Made by a program: the position numbers and the translations under genes
IMG/VR virus record: IMGVR_UViG_2541047705_000012
Source of the DNA: a virus
Lineage: Duplodnaviria; Heunggongvirae; Uroviricota; Caudoviricetes
Length of the DNA: 37,440 nt
Strand: one strand, 5' to 3'
Notes under the pieces: model-generated
Databases searched by the model: none
What the model was told of the DNA's origin: nothing
What the model saw: the letters and a program-made list of their open reading frames with translations, nothing else
Part shown: one piece after another, positions 9,949-20,260 of the stretch
How the letters are laid out: every line of letters starts with the position of its first letter
Position numbering within the stretch: the first letter of the stretch is position 1

Positions 9949-11444
9949 TATGCGGACTCCTCTGAATACTGAAGACGGAACTGGTTAACCACGGCAAAGA
10001 CACGCAACTGGTTAACATAGTCAGGCGGGAACAGCGTGTTCAGGCGGTTCGGATCGCTGGCATCACGCTCCACAACCAGGTACTGCTTAAAAAGTTCGTA
10101 GTTTTCCACGATCCCCGCACGCTCAAGCTGACGGTAGGTTGCCAGCAGTTCCCCTTTGATCACCGCCGGGGTGACAATCGCCTGACCGGGACCAAAGCGG
10201 GTACCGTCGCTGGCAAGCTTGTGACGCCCGTACTTACTGGTAATGACGGATTTCAGTTTGCGCAGTACATACGCACTGGTATGCAGCGTCTCGCTGTCGA
10301 GGTAGCTGTTATCCGCAACCCCGTAAGCGTTTTTCCTGTACGTGGTGACATCACGCTGAATGCGCAGTACCCCGCTTTCGACATACGCCGTTGCCACGCC
10401 ATGAGACAGCAGGGTCTTTTGTTCGGTCATCGTGAACCGTTTCCCCTTCGGCGCAGGCAGCATACCCACCAGCTCACCGGTCTGCGTGGGACGTGCCGGA
10501 TCGTTGCGGATAAACACCGCTGCGCGGGCGGTACGGCTTGCCGCCAGCTCGTCGGCAGGCGTCTGGGTGTCTTTTTCGTACCCCGCCAGGGTAATGTGCT
10601 GCTGGTTAAACTGGTCACCTGCGGTCACCAGTTCTGACAGCGTGCCGGTCTTTGCCGTATACACATGACCATACAGCTGACGCGCATAGCTCCAGCGACC
10701 GCTGGTATCGTTCATCTCGGTCACCAGCGTGTTAACGGAGGCCGTGTCGTTGAACGGCAGGCCGATATAATCAAACGGCTCATCCGCCATTGCAGCCACA
10801 GCGCCGGTGAGAACCGGAGCACCCGTTCCGGCGGTACCCGTCACCACGGCAATCTGTACGCCCGCTGGCAGCACTTCGCCCCCACCAAAGCCGTAGTAAT
10901 TGAGGCTGACAGGAATTTCATTCCCGCAAAGCCCCTTATGACGCGCGGTCAGTGTGACCACGCCTGCCGAAGATGAAGCCGTAAACGGCAGGGTCGGAAC
11001 GGCATTGATGGCATCCTGGATACTGCTGGCAATCATCGTAACGTTATCGCCGTTAGTCACCGGTACCTGCACGCGGGTACGTCCCACATACACATTCACC
11101 GTGCCGGTTTCGGTTGCCGCCCCGGTCACCGTCAGCGTAACCGTTGCCGCCGCGCCTGTGGATTCAGGAACGGCAATCACATACAGCTCGCCAAACGGGT
11201 CAGTCTGGCGATAAGCCTCGACCATACGCGCCAGCTGACTTCCCGCACCACAAATCTGGCGTGCATAGTCTGCCGACGGCATCAGTACCAGACTGTTGGC
11301 AACAATCTCTGCACCGTTATTGGCATGACCAATCAGCAGCGATGCTCCGCTGTCCTGTGCAGTATTCGCAGCCTGGTTATCCATTTCCGCATAAAACAGC
11401 GGAACCAGCGTATTCGACGGAATGGTGTTAAAGCTTATCGTCAT
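9948..11444 (-). CDS. Contractile tail sheath protein
   Basis: 498-aa ORF followed by tube, chaperone and tape measure. Confidence 0.85.
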   Translation of the reverse strand: MTISFNTIPSNTLVPLFYAEMDNQAANTAQDSGASLLIGHANNGAEIVANSLVLMPSADYARQICGAGSQLARMVEAYRQTDPFGELYVIAVPESTGAAATVTLTVTGAATETGTVNVYVGRTRVQVPVTNGDNVTMIASSIQDAINAVPTLPFTASSSAGVVTLTARHKGLCGNEIPVSLNYYGFGGGEVLPAGVQIAVVTGTAGTGAPVLTGAVAAMADEPFDYIGLPFNDTASVNTLVTEMNDTSGRWSYARQLYGHVYTAKTGTLSELVTAGDQFNQQHITLAGYEKDTQTPADELAASRTARAAVFIRNDPARPTQTGELVGMLPAPKGKRFTMTEQKTLLSHGVATAYVESGVLRIQRDVTTYRKNAYGVADNSYLDSETLHTSAYVLRKLKSVITSKYGRHKLASDGTRFGPGQAIVTPAVIKGELLATYRQLERAGIVENYELFKQYLVVERDASDPNRLNTLFPPDYVNQLRVFAVVNQFRLQYSEESA

Positions 11445-11598
11445 CGGTGTTCACCTTTTTATTCACGCGCCGGATATCACCCGCTGCTTCACGGCGCAGC
11501 CAGTAGTTGTTCTCATCAACATTTCGCCCTTCGGCGGGCAAAAGGTCGCCGCGGGCAGGGTCAGGCACTGACCGCCCTTTAACAGGTTTCACAAACAT
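11428..11598 (-). CDS. Small conserved phage protein upstream of the sheath gene (DUF2635-like); absent from the ORF track because it is under 60 aa
   Basis: 56-codon ORF (MFVKPVKGRSVPDPARGDLLPAEGRNV...); GAGGA ribosome-binding site 5 nt upstream of the ATG at 11598; overlaps the sheath start. Confidence 0.45.
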   Translation of the reverse strand: MFVKPVKGRSVPDPARGDLLPAEGRNVDENNYWLRREAAGDIRRVNKKVNTDDDKL

Positions 11599-11606
11599 GA
11601 TGATCC

Positions 11607-12167
11607 TCAGGAAGGAAGGGGTATTTCGGTGTGATGTTCGATATCGCCGTCAGACCCGTTACCGGGATCGAGATAATCAACATCAATCGCCAGCGTTCGC
11701 AGTTCATCCAGACTGTTCAGGTCATCCTGCTGGCGGGTATCGTCTTCGGTCAGCTCTCTGATGACCGAAAAATCGAACTGATAAATCAGCTCATGACGAT
11801 TCAGATCCAGCAGCGTGCCGCCGTCATAGGTAATCGGGTTACCGCACGCTTCCGGGTTCCAGCCCAGCAGGGCCTTAAAGAGCATCTGCCGGACATCGTC
11901 CACCACATCATACGAGGCAAACTGACCGCGCTCATCACGTCCGTTACTCAGTATGACAACCACGGAGAAGCCCTCTTTCAGCTCCTGCCAGTAGTCGGTC
12001 TGGCTTTTGTTTTCTCCCGGAGAGTCATCACCCGGTACCACATATGCCGCCGGGAGTCTCAGCTTTCCGACCTCCGGCAGATTTTTGAACTGTGCCGCGC
12101 CTGCCACCCGGTTTTCAAAATACGGGCAGCGGGCACGCAGCGCAGCAATAACAGGCGTCAGTTTCAT
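11607..12167 (-). CDS. Tail completion / virion protein (Mu gp37-like)
   Basis: 186-aa ORF between the neck genes and the sheath; family assignment tentative. Confidence 0.45.
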   Translation of the reverse strand: MKLTPVIAALRARCPYFENRVAGAAQFKNLPEVGKLRLPAAYVVPGDDSPGENKSQTDYWQELKEGFSVVVILSNGRDERGQFASYDVVDDVRQMLFKALLGWNPEACGNPITYDGGTLLDLNRHELIYQFDFSVIRELTEDDTRQQDDLNSLDELRTLAIDVDYLDPGNGSDGDIEHHTEIPLPS

Positions 12168-12670
12168 CTGCGTCGTCGCTCCGGCTTCAGTGATTTACGT
12201 AATTCCCGCGCCAGAAAATAGCGTGTCCAGCTGCGGTTCTTTTCAAGCGTTTCCACCATAAAGTTATTACGTGGAGCCAGTCGCCAGCCGCTGCCACCGG
12301 ATGCACCACGATGATGGCTGCGACGACGCTTTGCCCCTCGCCTCACGCCATAGAACAAAAAAGCCGGATAAAAATCACCGGTGATACGGCGGTTTCCCTC
12401 TCCATTACGCTGGTTAGGGGCTATACGTGCCATAAAACCAGGGCGATGTTTACTGGCTCTGGGTACCATGTAACCAATCGAACGAGCCAGGCGTCCGGTC
12501 TGATAACCGGGGTTTTCACCCGGTGCCGACCGCGCACGGCGCATCACCAGCCGACGGGCATCACGCATATGACGCTGACCAATCGTGACAAACGCCCGCC
12601 GGACACGGGCGCGGTTAAAGCGCATCTCCGCGGGCTGCTGAAAATCAACGTGCAAAAAGGAAGTCGTCAT
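12164..12670 (-). CDS. Neck / head-tail joining protein (HK97 gp10-like, putative)
   Basis: 168-aa Arg-rich ORF in the head-tail joining block. Confidence 0.4.
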   Translation of the reverse strand: MTTSFLHVDFQQPAEMRFNRARVRRAFVTIGQRHMRDARRLVMRRARSAPGENPGYQTGRLARSIGYMVPRASKHRPGFMARIAPNQRNGEGNRRITGDFYPAFLFYGVRRGAKRRRSHHRGASGGSGWRLAPRNNFMVETLEKNRSWTRYFLARELRKSLKPERRRR

Positions 12671-13055
12671 TGTTGCCTCCGTGACTCTGCCTACATTCGC
12701 CCAGCTCCGTACACTCCAGCAGCAGAAAGCGCCGCGCCCCGTTCAGATCGCGCTGACGTTTCACCCGGTACACACTGTCACCGCAGACCACCTCATAATC
12801 AGCGGTAATCCCCCGGCGGTAACGAATGGTGATGTAATGGGTGATGGCGTCCCCGGTCTGCGCGGTTTCCTGCCAGGTGGTGGCACTGGTCTGGATAACC
12901 TTCGCCCATGTCCGGAACGTAATCAGGTATTGAGGCTCCACGCCAAAGTTATCCGCGGGCATATCCACCCGCAGGCGGATCAGGACGCGTTTATTCAGTT
13001 CACCGGGGTCCGGCAGAATGTAGGTTGCGCTGGTCTGCGCCTGACGAATTTTCAT
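12645..13055 (-). CDS. Head closure / head-tail adaptor protein
   Basis: 136-aa ORF following the connector gene. Confidence 0.5.
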   Translation of the reverse strand: MKIRQAQTSATYILPDPGELNKRVLIRLRVDMPADNFGVEPQYLITFRTWAKVIQTSATTWQETAQTGDAITHYITIRYRRGITADYEVVCGDSVYRVKRQRDLNGARRFLLLECTELGECRQSHGGNNDDFLFAR

Positions 13056-13375
13056 TGCGGAAAGTACCTGTACGGGCCGACAAGCCAGCCAAAACTCTGC
13101 GGCATGTCGAGTTTCTCCACTTCCGTAACCGACGAGCGGTTTTCGTAAAAATGGCTGATAAGCATCAGCATCCCCAGACGAATATCATCCGGCAGGTGCA
13201 GCCCGTCCGGATCGCTGTCCGGAATGGTTTCATCCGGTGCATAGAGCTTCCGGTTCAGATACGTTTCCGTCCGCTTTTGTGCCGCACAGGCCAGCAGTTG
13301 CAGATGGCGGTCATCAGCATCGAAATCCTCATCCAGCCGGAGTTGGGCTTTAATCTCTTCCATTGTCAGAAGCAT
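13052..13375 (-). CDS. Head-tail connector protein (gp6-like)
   Basis: 107-aa acidic ORF downstream of the capsid gene. Confidence 0.6.
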   Translation of the reverse strand: MLLTMEEIKAQLRLDEDFDADDRHLQLLACAAQKRTETYLNRKLYAPDETIPDSDPDGLHLPDDIRLGMLMLISHFYENRSSVTEVEKLDMPQSFGWLVGPYRYFPQ

Positions 13376-13377
13376 AC

Positions 13378-13578
13378 TCAGCCCTCTTTACTGGTCGTGG
13401 CTTTTTTCTCTTTTGCCGCTTTACTGCTTTTTGCACTGATTCCGCGCTCTGCTAACCCGGCCTGAAGTGCAATCTCCTGCACCCGGGCAGGAAGCGCCCC
13501 ATCGTCATACTCACCGGCCCGAATGACCTCAACACGCATACCGTCCGGTGACCATTTCAGATCTTGTTTCAGGATCAT
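13378..13578 (-). CDS. Small hypothetical protein between capsid and connector genes
   Basis: 66-aa ORF tightly packed with its neighbours. Confidence 0.35.
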   Translation of the reverse strand: MILKQDLKWSPDGMRVEVIRAGEYDDGALPARVQEIALQAGLAERGISAKSSKAAKEKKATTSKEG

Positions 13579-13627
13579 GATTCTTCACCCGTCAGAACAG
13601 GGGGCGCGGTTCCGCGCCCCTGAGTGA

Positions 13628-14833
13628 TTACGCCGCTGCAATCTTCAGCAGTTTGATGGCCTGCGAATCGACCAGCATCCCGCCGGTGCGCTTGGTGGTA
13701 TAAAAACCGACAAACGGTTTATTGGTGTACGGGTCACGCAGAATGCGGGTGCCGATACGGTCAACGATGGTGTAACCCCGTTTGAAGTTACCAAATGCAA
13801 TGGCTTTCGCATCAGCGGCGATATCCGGCATCTGTTCGTTTTCAGCGATACCGTAACCCGCCAGAGAGGACGGCTGCCCCAGTTCCAGCCCCGGACGCCA
13901 CAGATAGTTACCCTCGCTGTCTTTAAGCAGACGGATGGCAAACAGGCTGTTGTTGTTCATCATGAACTTCGCGCCAGTGCGGTGTGCCTTACGCAGCGTG
14001 TAAATCAGTTTGATAATGGCGTCTGCGGTCACCGCCGTCGCTTCGCCGGATACAATATGCTGAAGTTTGCCGAACGCCCGGACCTTATCGGTTTCATCAG
14101 TGGATTCATACGCCAGGAACCCTTTCGGCTTCTTGGTACCATCGCCGGTGGTAAAGGCAATTTCTTCCTGTTCGGCAAATTCGGTTGCCAGCTCGCTGTT
14201 GATCCATGCTTCCACGTTGAAAAAGGCATCATCCAGCATTTTCTGGGTGGCCTGCGGGTTACCGTAGATTTCCCCCATGAAAGGTTCAATCAGGCCCAGT
14301 TTTGAGGTGGCAGTCTGGGAGCGCGCGTCAGTCTCGCCAACCCATCCGGAAGCCGTGCCGCCCAGATTCACCAGTTTTTTGTAGTCGGAACCACCAACGG
14401 TGATCACCGTGGCTTCCTGGCGCATCACCACTTCATCTTTCAGCAGGGTGAGAATGTTGCGATCCAGTGCTTCCGGCACGGCATAGCCGCCGTCTTCATC
14501 GGTGCCTACCTGCAATGCCTTGCGCTCCAGATCGCGCAGACCATCTTCACGGCCTTTACGCAGGAAGCCCACAAACGCTTCTTTATGCTCGGTGGCCAGT
14601 TTATTTTGCGCACCACCTGCCGGACGTTTCAGCTCAAGCAGCTCTTTTTCAAGATCGCTTTTGAGGTTTTCCAGCTCGCTGAGTTTCCCGTTCAGGGTTT
14701 CCACCTGCCCGGCAAGTTTGCCTTTTTCCTGCTCAATCGCATCCACGCGCTTGTCGTTCTTTGCTTTGAAGTCGTCAAACTTCTGCTGCAGCTCCTGCGC
14801 GACCTGTTCGACATCTTTAATATCAACCGCCAT
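13628..14833 (-). CDS. Major capsid protein (HK97 fold) with N-terminal coiled-coil delta domain
   Basis: 401-aa ORF; N-terminal heptad-rich region, then a capsid-like body; follows the prohead protease. Confidence 0.9.
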   Translation of the reverse strand: MAVDIKDVEQVAQELQQKFDDFKAKNDKRVDAIEQEKGKLAGQVETLNGKLSELENLKSDLEKELLELKRPAGGAQNKLATEHKEAFVGFLRKGREDGLRDLERKALQVGTDEDGGYAVPEALDRNILTLLKDEVVMRQEATVITVGGSDYKKLVNLGGTASGWVGETDARSQTATSKLGLIEPFMGEIYGNPQATQKMLDDAFFNVEAWINSELATEFAEQEEIAFTTGDGTKKPKGFLAYESTDETDKVRAFGKLQHIVSGEATAVTADAIIKLIYTLRKAHRTGAKFMMNNNSLFAIRLLKDSEGNYLWRPGLELGQPSSLAGYGIAENEQMPDIAADAKAIAFGNFKRGYTIVDRIGTRILRDPYTNKPFVGFYTTKRTGGMLVDSQAIKLLKIAAA

Positions 14834-14847
14834 CGTATTTCTCCTGA

Positions 14848-15498
14848 TTAGAAGTTCAGATTTTTCAGTGCATTCAGTGCAGAGCCCACATCCTCAGCGT
14901 CGCGCAGGGACAGTGCGCCATAGCCCCCGGCCATGAATGCTTTGGCCTGGGTACGGGAGAGTCCGACATCACGCAGGACTCTTTCGATTTTTTTCTGTTC
15001 GGGGATTTCCCCGCGGGCCAGTGCGTTCTTGACGTCGCTGATCCGCGCCTCGTCGTTAGACGGGAACGTCACCAGGCTGACTTCCCAGAGGTCGATTTCT
15101 TTCAGCAGAAAGGCTTCTTTGCTCCGGTCGTATTCCCAGTCTTTCAGGACGTACCCAATAGAAAGGCCGGTTAACGAACCGGCCTTCATGTGTGCATGTG
15201 CGCGTTTTGCGAGGGGATCATCATCAATAAGCAACCGTCCCCTGACGTAAAGCCCGACATCGTCTTCCTTCATTTCGGTGTAAACACCGATGGGTTCATC
15301 CATGCGGTGCTGCCAGAGCAGCGCAGGTAACGCTTTTCTGTCACTCCACGCCCGCAGGGAAGCAGCAAATGCCCCGGACATCACCACATCATCGTGGCTG
15401 TCCTTTACACCAAAGACGGAGCCATACCCTTCAAACTCACCGGAGTCACTGACAGATTTCAGACTCAGCGGTACATCAAGACGTTGTTTCGTCTGCAT
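14848..15498 (-). CDS. Prohead protease (HK97 family)
   Basis: Longest ORF is 14848-15534; preferred start is the ATG at 15498 (AAGGA 7 nt upstream). N-terminus matches the EFEGY[GA]SVFG motif of HK97-type proteases. Confidence 0.85.
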   Translation of the reverse strand: MQTKQRLDVPLSLKSVSDSGEFEGYGSVFGVKDSHDDVVMSGAFAASLRAWSDRKALPALLWQHRMDEPIGVYTEMKEDDVGLYVRGRLLIDDDPLAKRAHAHMKAGSLTGLSIGYVLKDWEYDRSKEAFLLKEIDLWEVSLVTFPSNDEARISDVKNALARGEIPEQKKIERVLRDVGLSRTQAKAFMAGGYGALSLRDAEDVGSALNALKNLNF

Positions 15499-16717
15499 TG
15501 GCGTTATCCTTCTGCTTACCGGCTTTACTGCCATCGGAGGGTTTCGTGGTCATGTTCATCGGTGTGAGATAGACATCCCCACCGGGACGGGGATTCATAT
15601 CTTCCAGGTCGCGGCAGTCATTGGGAGAGTAAATTCCCCAGTTAATCCCGGTGGCGTAGGCTTCAAAACGGGACTTCATATCCCCGCGCAGTAACGCCCC
15701 GGCGTTAAATTTGGCGTAATAAACGCCCTGCTTACTTTTTCGAACCAGTCCGGTGTTGATCCGCTGCTCGATGCGGGTCAGATACGGCACCAGTGAATAG
15801 TTGATAAATCCCAGCCCCAGCTCTTCAATATTGTTGAAGGTGGCGCGATCGGTGTTCTGCACCATGTGCAACGGCACCCGGAACAGACGACAGATTTCTT
15901 CAAGCTGAAACTTGCGGGTTTCCAGGAACTGGCTGTCCTCGGCGTTCAGCGCCATCGACTTCCAGTCCAGCCCCATCTCAAGGATCATCGGGCGGTGAGC
16001 ATTACCAAGCCCGGTGTGACGCTCCTCAAAATCTTTCTTCAGGCGCTCGTAAGCCTGATCTGACAGCGTCTGCTCTGTACGCAACACACCCGACGTCACC
16101 GCACCATTGCTGAACAGTCTGGCCCCGTGCTCTTCGGTCGCAGCTGCCAGCGATATTGCCTCGCGGGCATAGGCGATGGGATTCAGCCCCACCAGACCGT
16201 CCAGCGTCAGCGTGCGCACATGCCAGATATCTTCCTGGCTCAGCACATCCGTGGAGCCGTCCGAGAATGTGACCTGATAGACCGGCTCCCAGCTACTGTT
16301 AAGCTTCGGTACCACACAGCCAGGATCGACGGGCAGCAGTTCAGCCACTTCGCCAAATGCTTTCACTTTGTAGGCGTAAAAGTTTCCCCGCAGGCACAGA
16401 CAGGTGACCACCAGCTCCCAGAACTCCTGCGGCGTCATATAGCCATTGGGATGCGTGGAGATCAGCTTATGCAGACGTTCGCCGGTGGCCCTCTGTTTCA
16501 GGCTGCCGTTCAGGTGATACAGATTGCAGGGCAACATCCCGACCGACTCTGCCAGCACCCTGACGCAGGAAAAAACCGCCGTCAGTCGCATGGCCCGCTG
16601 GCTGCTGATCTGCTTTCCGGTATAGGTGTCGTATGACAGCCCGATAGCCTCCGCCAGCTCTGCTGGCGTGGTCACCGGCGCGTCACTTTTTCGTTGAAAT
16701 AATCCCGAAAAGAACAC
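15476..16717 (-). CDS. Portal protein (HK97 family)
   Basis: 413-aa ORF between terminase and protease. Confidence 0.9.
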   Translation of the reverse strand: MFFSGLFQRKSDAPVTTPAELAEAIGLSYDTYTGKQISSQRAMRLTAVFSCVRVLAESVGMLPCNLYHLNGSLKQRATGERLHKLISTHPNGYMTPQEFWELVVTCLCLRGNFYAYKVKAFGEVAELLPVDPGCVVPKLNSSWEPVYQVTFSDGSTDVLSQEDIWHVRTLTLDGLVGLNPIAYAREAISLAAATEEHGARLFSNGAVTSGVLRTEQTLSDQAYERLKKDFEERHTGLGNAHRPMILEMGLDWKSMALNAEDSQFLETRKFQLEEICRLFRVPLHMVQNTDRATFNNIEELGLGFINYSLVPYLTRIEQRINTGLVRKSKQGVYYAKFNAGALLRGDMKSRFEAYATGINWGIYSPNDCRDLEDMNPRPGGDVYLTPMNMTTKPSDGSKAGKQKDNANADETTS

Positions 16718-16899
16718 TATTTACCTCCGCCGACAGACAGCTGTGTACGATCGAGATATCGCGCCACCAGCCACGACCAGAACAGGCACAGCGCCCCGGC
16801 AACAACAAAACCCGCCGGGGGATAAATCAGCCAGGCACCATATGCCAGCAAAAGCGCACCCAGCACGCCCACCAGAGGCGCGAGAATCAGCATGATCAT
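16717..16899 (-). CDS. Small membrane protein (two predicted transmembrane helices)
   Basis: 60-aa hydrophobic ORF between terminase and portal; stop overlaps the portal start. Confidence 0.35.
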   Translation of the reverse strand: MIMLILAPLVGVLGALLLAYGAWLIYPPAGFVVAGALCLFWSWLVARYLDRTQLSVGGGK

Positions 16900-16910
16900 A
16901 ATTACCTAAG

Positions 16911-18644
16911 TTAAAGCGAGCGGATCCCGTAGGACTCAATGTGGTCAGACAGCGTGTCTTCTTTCTCGTACAACATGGCTCTGCCAACCGCCATAATCAG
17001 CGCAACTGCACCATCGATTTTGTTTTCCGCCTGCTCTTTGACGGGTTTCACCACATCATCGTTACCCGGAATGGTTTTGCCGACCACGTTGCCGATACAC
17101 CAGGTCATGATGGGATTGCCATCATGATGAAAGCGCCCCGATTCAATTGCCGCTTCCAGCTCTTTCATCGGGTCGGACATGTTGGTGTAGTTCTGAATGA
17201 TAGTGATGGGGTTCAGGTCTTCATCAGCAAGGTCATGTGACAACCCGGTCGCCCCGAAGGGGTCGATGGGTGACTCACTGACCGGGCTGATTTTGTTCGC
17301 CGCTTTGGCCTCCTCGAGGATGTAGCGATAATCCACCTCCGCACCATCGGTAACGGTCAGAACGCCCATTTCCACCCATTTCTGAAAGCGTTCGGCTGTC
17401 CGTCGATCTTCATTTTTCTCGACGCTGTACACCGTGTCATACGGTACCCAGAAACGCGGGGCCACACTGTAGTAATGCGTTTTACCGTCAATCTCGCGGG
17501 TATAAAGTCGCGCCATGCTGTTCATATCCAGCTTACGCGCCAGGTCAAAGGCCAGAATGCACGGCTGCCCCTCGAACTGCTCAAGGGTCAGTGATTTATC
17601 CTCGCAGCTCTGCCAGCTCACCAGGTTGAAATACGCCGAACGCGCCGACACCCAGATATTGAGGTGTTTTGTTTTAAAGACGTTTGCCAGACGGGCGTTA
17701 TTTTTCGCACGCTGCTGCTGACTTAACAAAAATTCGCGATAAACCGACACGCCAATATTTGGATTGGCTTTTTCCAGCACCTGCGGGTCGGTCCAGTCGT
17801 CACCTTCATCAACGGTATAGATGATCCCGAACAGTTCATCGTTAGGCACCGAGCCATTGAGCATCTCGATGACTTCCCGCCGCTTGTCGTAGCACGGCCC
17901 CTCAATGTTGTACCCGGCGGTGGTGATAGCCCACATCAGTGGCTGACGTCGCGCCCCCATCCCGGTAAGCATCGTGGTGTAAAGCGCATCGGTGGCGTGC
18001 TCGTGATATTCATCCACCACCGCACAGTGGGGTGATGAACCATCACCGGGGTTACCGATCAGCGGTTCAAACCGCGCGCCATCCTCCGGACGGTTCATGT
18101 TTGAGGCGTTAACCTCAATCCCGAACGCTTCCGTCAGCATGGGTGTGCGTTTACACATCAGTCGAGCCGGGCGAAAGACTTCCCACGCCTGTTTCTCTGT
18201 CGTGGCACCGGAATACACTTCCGCGCCAAACTCGTTATCACAGGCAAAACAATACAGGGCAACACCGGCAGAGATTGCCGATTTGCCGTTCTTACGGGGG
18301 ATTTCGGTATACACCTCCCGGAAGCGGCGCAGCCGGGAGCCTTTATTGACCCAGCCAAACGCGCAGCAGATCACAAAGAGCTGCCACGGCTCCAGCGTGA
18401 TGGGCATCCTCTTAAATGCCCACTCACCCTTGGTGTGCGGCAACAGCTGAATAAATTTGGCGGCCCGTTCAGCCAGGTCCTTGTCGAAGCGGTAACGAAA
18501 CGACTTACTTTTTTCCGCCATCAGGTCATCAAGATGGCGCTGGCAGGCCTGAATCACAAACTGGCAGGCCACAATCTTTCCGCGCACGACATCCCGGGCA
18601 TACTGATTGGCAGCATTTACGTTGGGGTAAGATTTCCGGCTCAT
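16911..18644 (-). CDS. Terminase large subunit
   Basis: 577-aa ORF; start overlaps the small-subunit stop by 4 nt. Confidence 0.9.
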   Translation of the reverse strand: MSRKSYPNVNAANQYARDVVRGKIVACQFVIQACQRHLDDLMAEKSKSFRYRFDKDLAERAAKFIQLLPHTKGEWAFKRMPITLEPWQLFVICCAFGWVNKGSRLRRFREVYTEIPRKNGKSAISAGVALYCFACDNEFGAEVYSGATTEKQAWEVFRPARLMCKRTPMLTEAFGIEVNASNMNRPEDGARFEPLIGNPGDGSSPHCAVVDEYHEHATDALYTTMLTGMGARRQPLMWAITTAGYNIEGPCYDKRREVIEMLNGSVPNDELFGIIYTVDEGDDWTDPQVLEKANPNIGVSVYREFLLSQQQRAKNNARLANVFKTKHLNIWVSARSAYFNLVSWQSCEDKSLTLEQFEGQPCILAFDLARKLDMNSMARLYTREIDGKTHYYSVAPRFWVPYDTVYSVEKNEDRRTAERFQKWVEMGVLTVTDGAEVDYRYILEEAKAANKISPVSESPIDPFGATGLSHDLADEDLNPITIIQNYTNMSDPMKELEAAIESGRFHHDGNPIMTWCIGNVVGKTIPGNDDVVKPVKEQAENKIDGAVALIMAVGRAMLYEKEDTLSDHIESYGIRSL

Positions 18645-19135
18645 GATTCGATGATTTTCAGAAACGGGTTAGTGGCTTTCTTCTGCCCCGCCAGGCCAAT
18701 CAGACGCTGACGGCTGCTGGGGTCGAGTCCGAGCATTGCCCCCGTGCTGCTCATCTCGGACTCCTGTTCTTTTTTGGCTGTCAGCTCCGGATTTTTGACC
18801 CTGCCGCCCATTGCGCCGGTGATGGTATTGCCCTGTATGGCAATATTTTTCACAGCACGTCGCCAGAACTCATAGGCCACGCACCACCGCTCAAGCACCG
18901 CGAGGTCAGTCACGCACAGCAGGCCCTGACCGCAGAGTTCTTTGGTTGTCAGTTGCCACATGATCGTGGCGAGAGGGAGATCTTCTTCAGCGAACCACTC
19001 CGGTGGCTCAACACCTTTGATGGGCGTAAAAACAGGTTCATCTTTGTTCAGGGCTCGCTTGCCGGGGTTTCCGGCCAGCGCCTTGCGCGCCGTTGGCTTG
19101 GGGCGACGCCCGGAACGCCCCGCCGTTCCAGCCAT
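18641..19135 (-). CDS. Terminase small subunit (P27 family)
   Basis: N-terminus [27 protein letters not shown] matches the P27 pattern; start chosen at the ATG at 19135 (AGGAG 8 nt upstream) rather than the GTG at 19144. Confidence 0.8.
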   Translation of the reverse strand: MAGTAGRSGRRPKPTARKALAGNPGKRALNKDEPVFTPIKGVEPPEWFAEEDLPLATIMWQLTTKELCGQGLLCVTDLAVLERWCVAYEFWRRAVKNIAIQGNTITGAMGGRVKNPELTAKKEQESEMSSTGAMLGLDPSSRQRLIGLAGQKKATNPFLKIIES

Positions 19136-19185
19136 ATGCGGCACTCCTGGTTAAATTTCATTTTTCGCGGGTATAAAAAAACGAT

Positions 19186-19234
19186 GGGGCGGGCAGTCCG
19201 GAAGACGTCAGGTCACAGGGATTTGACCCGCCCC
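19186..19234. repeat. GC-rich inverted repeat (GGGGCGGG ... CCCGCCCC) between the HNH gene and terminase small subunit; candidate cos / packaging site
   Basis: 8-bp G/C arms around a ~33-nt spacer containing GACGTC, in the only sizeable non-coding gap (19145-19260) of the packaging module. Confidence 0.35.
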
Positions 19235-19260
19235 TCCCCTCAGAAAGTTGAGAATTATTA

Positions 19261-19611
19261 TCACTTCAGTCGTTCACGGGCCGTCTTCGCCTTATGACAC
19301 GGCCAGCACAGGCTCTGCAGATTGCAGTCTGCATCAGTGCCGCCATGCGCTTTAGGGATGATGTGGTCAACGGTTTTCGCCTCACGCACCACACCGACAT
19401 GCAGGCACAACTGACACAGGCCTTTGTCACGCTTCAGCACGCGCGCGCGGATAACATCCCACTTCGAACCGTAGCCGCGCTGGTGACGGGATTGTCCTGG
19501 CTTGTATTGTTTCCAGCCTTCGCTTTTGTGGCTTTCACAATAGCCTGACGGATCAGTGGTGGTTTGGCGGCAGCCGCGAACGCGGCAGGCTTTTGGGGTT
19601 CGTGGGGGCAT
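19261..19611 (-). CDS. HNH endonuclease (terminase-associated)
   Basis: 116-aa ORF with Cys pairs (CRVRGC, CQLC, CWPCH) and an HNH-like H..H..N motif, immediately upstream of the terminase genes. Confidence 0.85.
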   Translation of the reverse strand: MPPRTPKACRVRGCRQTTTDPSGYCESHKSEGWKQYKPGQSRHQRGYGSKWDVIRARVLKRDKGLCQLCLHVGVVREAKTVDHIIPKAHGGTDADCNLQSLCWPCHKAKTARERLK

Positions 19612-19713
19612 TTAAAGTGGGATCTAACTCTAATAATTTAAAAAATTTAATTGGGTCTTGATATTAATCACATAGACTCAATGCTCTTTAGTTCTTACAT
19701 AGGTGGTTGTATT

Positions 19714-20154
19714 ATGAGTATCCCCAGTTTAGATGTTCATAAAGTTGTTAAGTGCGCAGAGCATAAAAAGGCTTTAGATGCAATATCTCTCAAACTTAAG
19801 AATAACATTATTGACTCAAGCTCTGAATACGATTTTCTTGGCGACACAATAATTTTCAATAAAGATAAAAAAAATAGGTTAACCCTCAAACTTTCAACAT
19901 ATGAACTAGAACTTATTTTCAAAGAAACACTGCTAGTCATTGATGAAGCTCCTGTATTGAAGTTTGCTGCCATTGACCCAACCGATGAAAATAACAACGA
20001 GCTGATTGATTTATTTTTATCCAAAGGTGGATTTATTTATATTAGAGAATACAAATCCGAGCCACATTATGAGTATGGCGACACTTCTCTATTTTTACAT
20101 ATACTTGACGCTACTCTTAAAGAGCTTAAATCTGCAAACAAAATATCCTATTAA
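19714..20154 (+). CDS. Hypothetical protein, low-GC moron transcribed opposite to the phage late operon
   Basis: Start taken at the ATG at 19714 (GGTGG 7 nt upstream) rather than the track start at 19651; soluble 146-aa product, no family recognised; GC far below the phage backbone. Confidence 0.5.
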   Translation: MSIPSLDVHKVVKCAEHKKALDAISLKLKNNIIDSSSEYDFLGDTIIFNKDKKNRLTLKLSTYELELIFKETLLVIDEAPVLKFAAIDPTDENNNELIDLFLSKGGFIYIREYKSEPHYEYGDTSLFLHILDATLKELKSANKISY

Positions 20155-20260
20155 ATAAATTTTTGCTAACATAGCCCCGCGCCATGACAAGATTTTCTGT
20201 TCTAGATGCAAGGGCTATGTGTGAATATCTATAAACAAAAACCCCATCCGGTGATTTTTG

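Noticed and set aside
2096-16636. Numerous plus-strand ORFs of 60-196 aa across the structural module (for example 2096-2494, 6108-6605, 11631-12221, 12311-12808, 14502-14936, 16127-16636)
   Set aside because: All are antisense to tightly packed, translationally coupled minus-strand structural genes with clear family signatures; several are low-complexity translations of GC-rich antisense sequence.
19651-19713. Upstream start of the plus-strand moron ORF (track start at 19651)
   Set aside because: The ATG at 19714 has a GGTGG ribosome-binding site at the right spacing; the upstream part overlaps the putative promoter.
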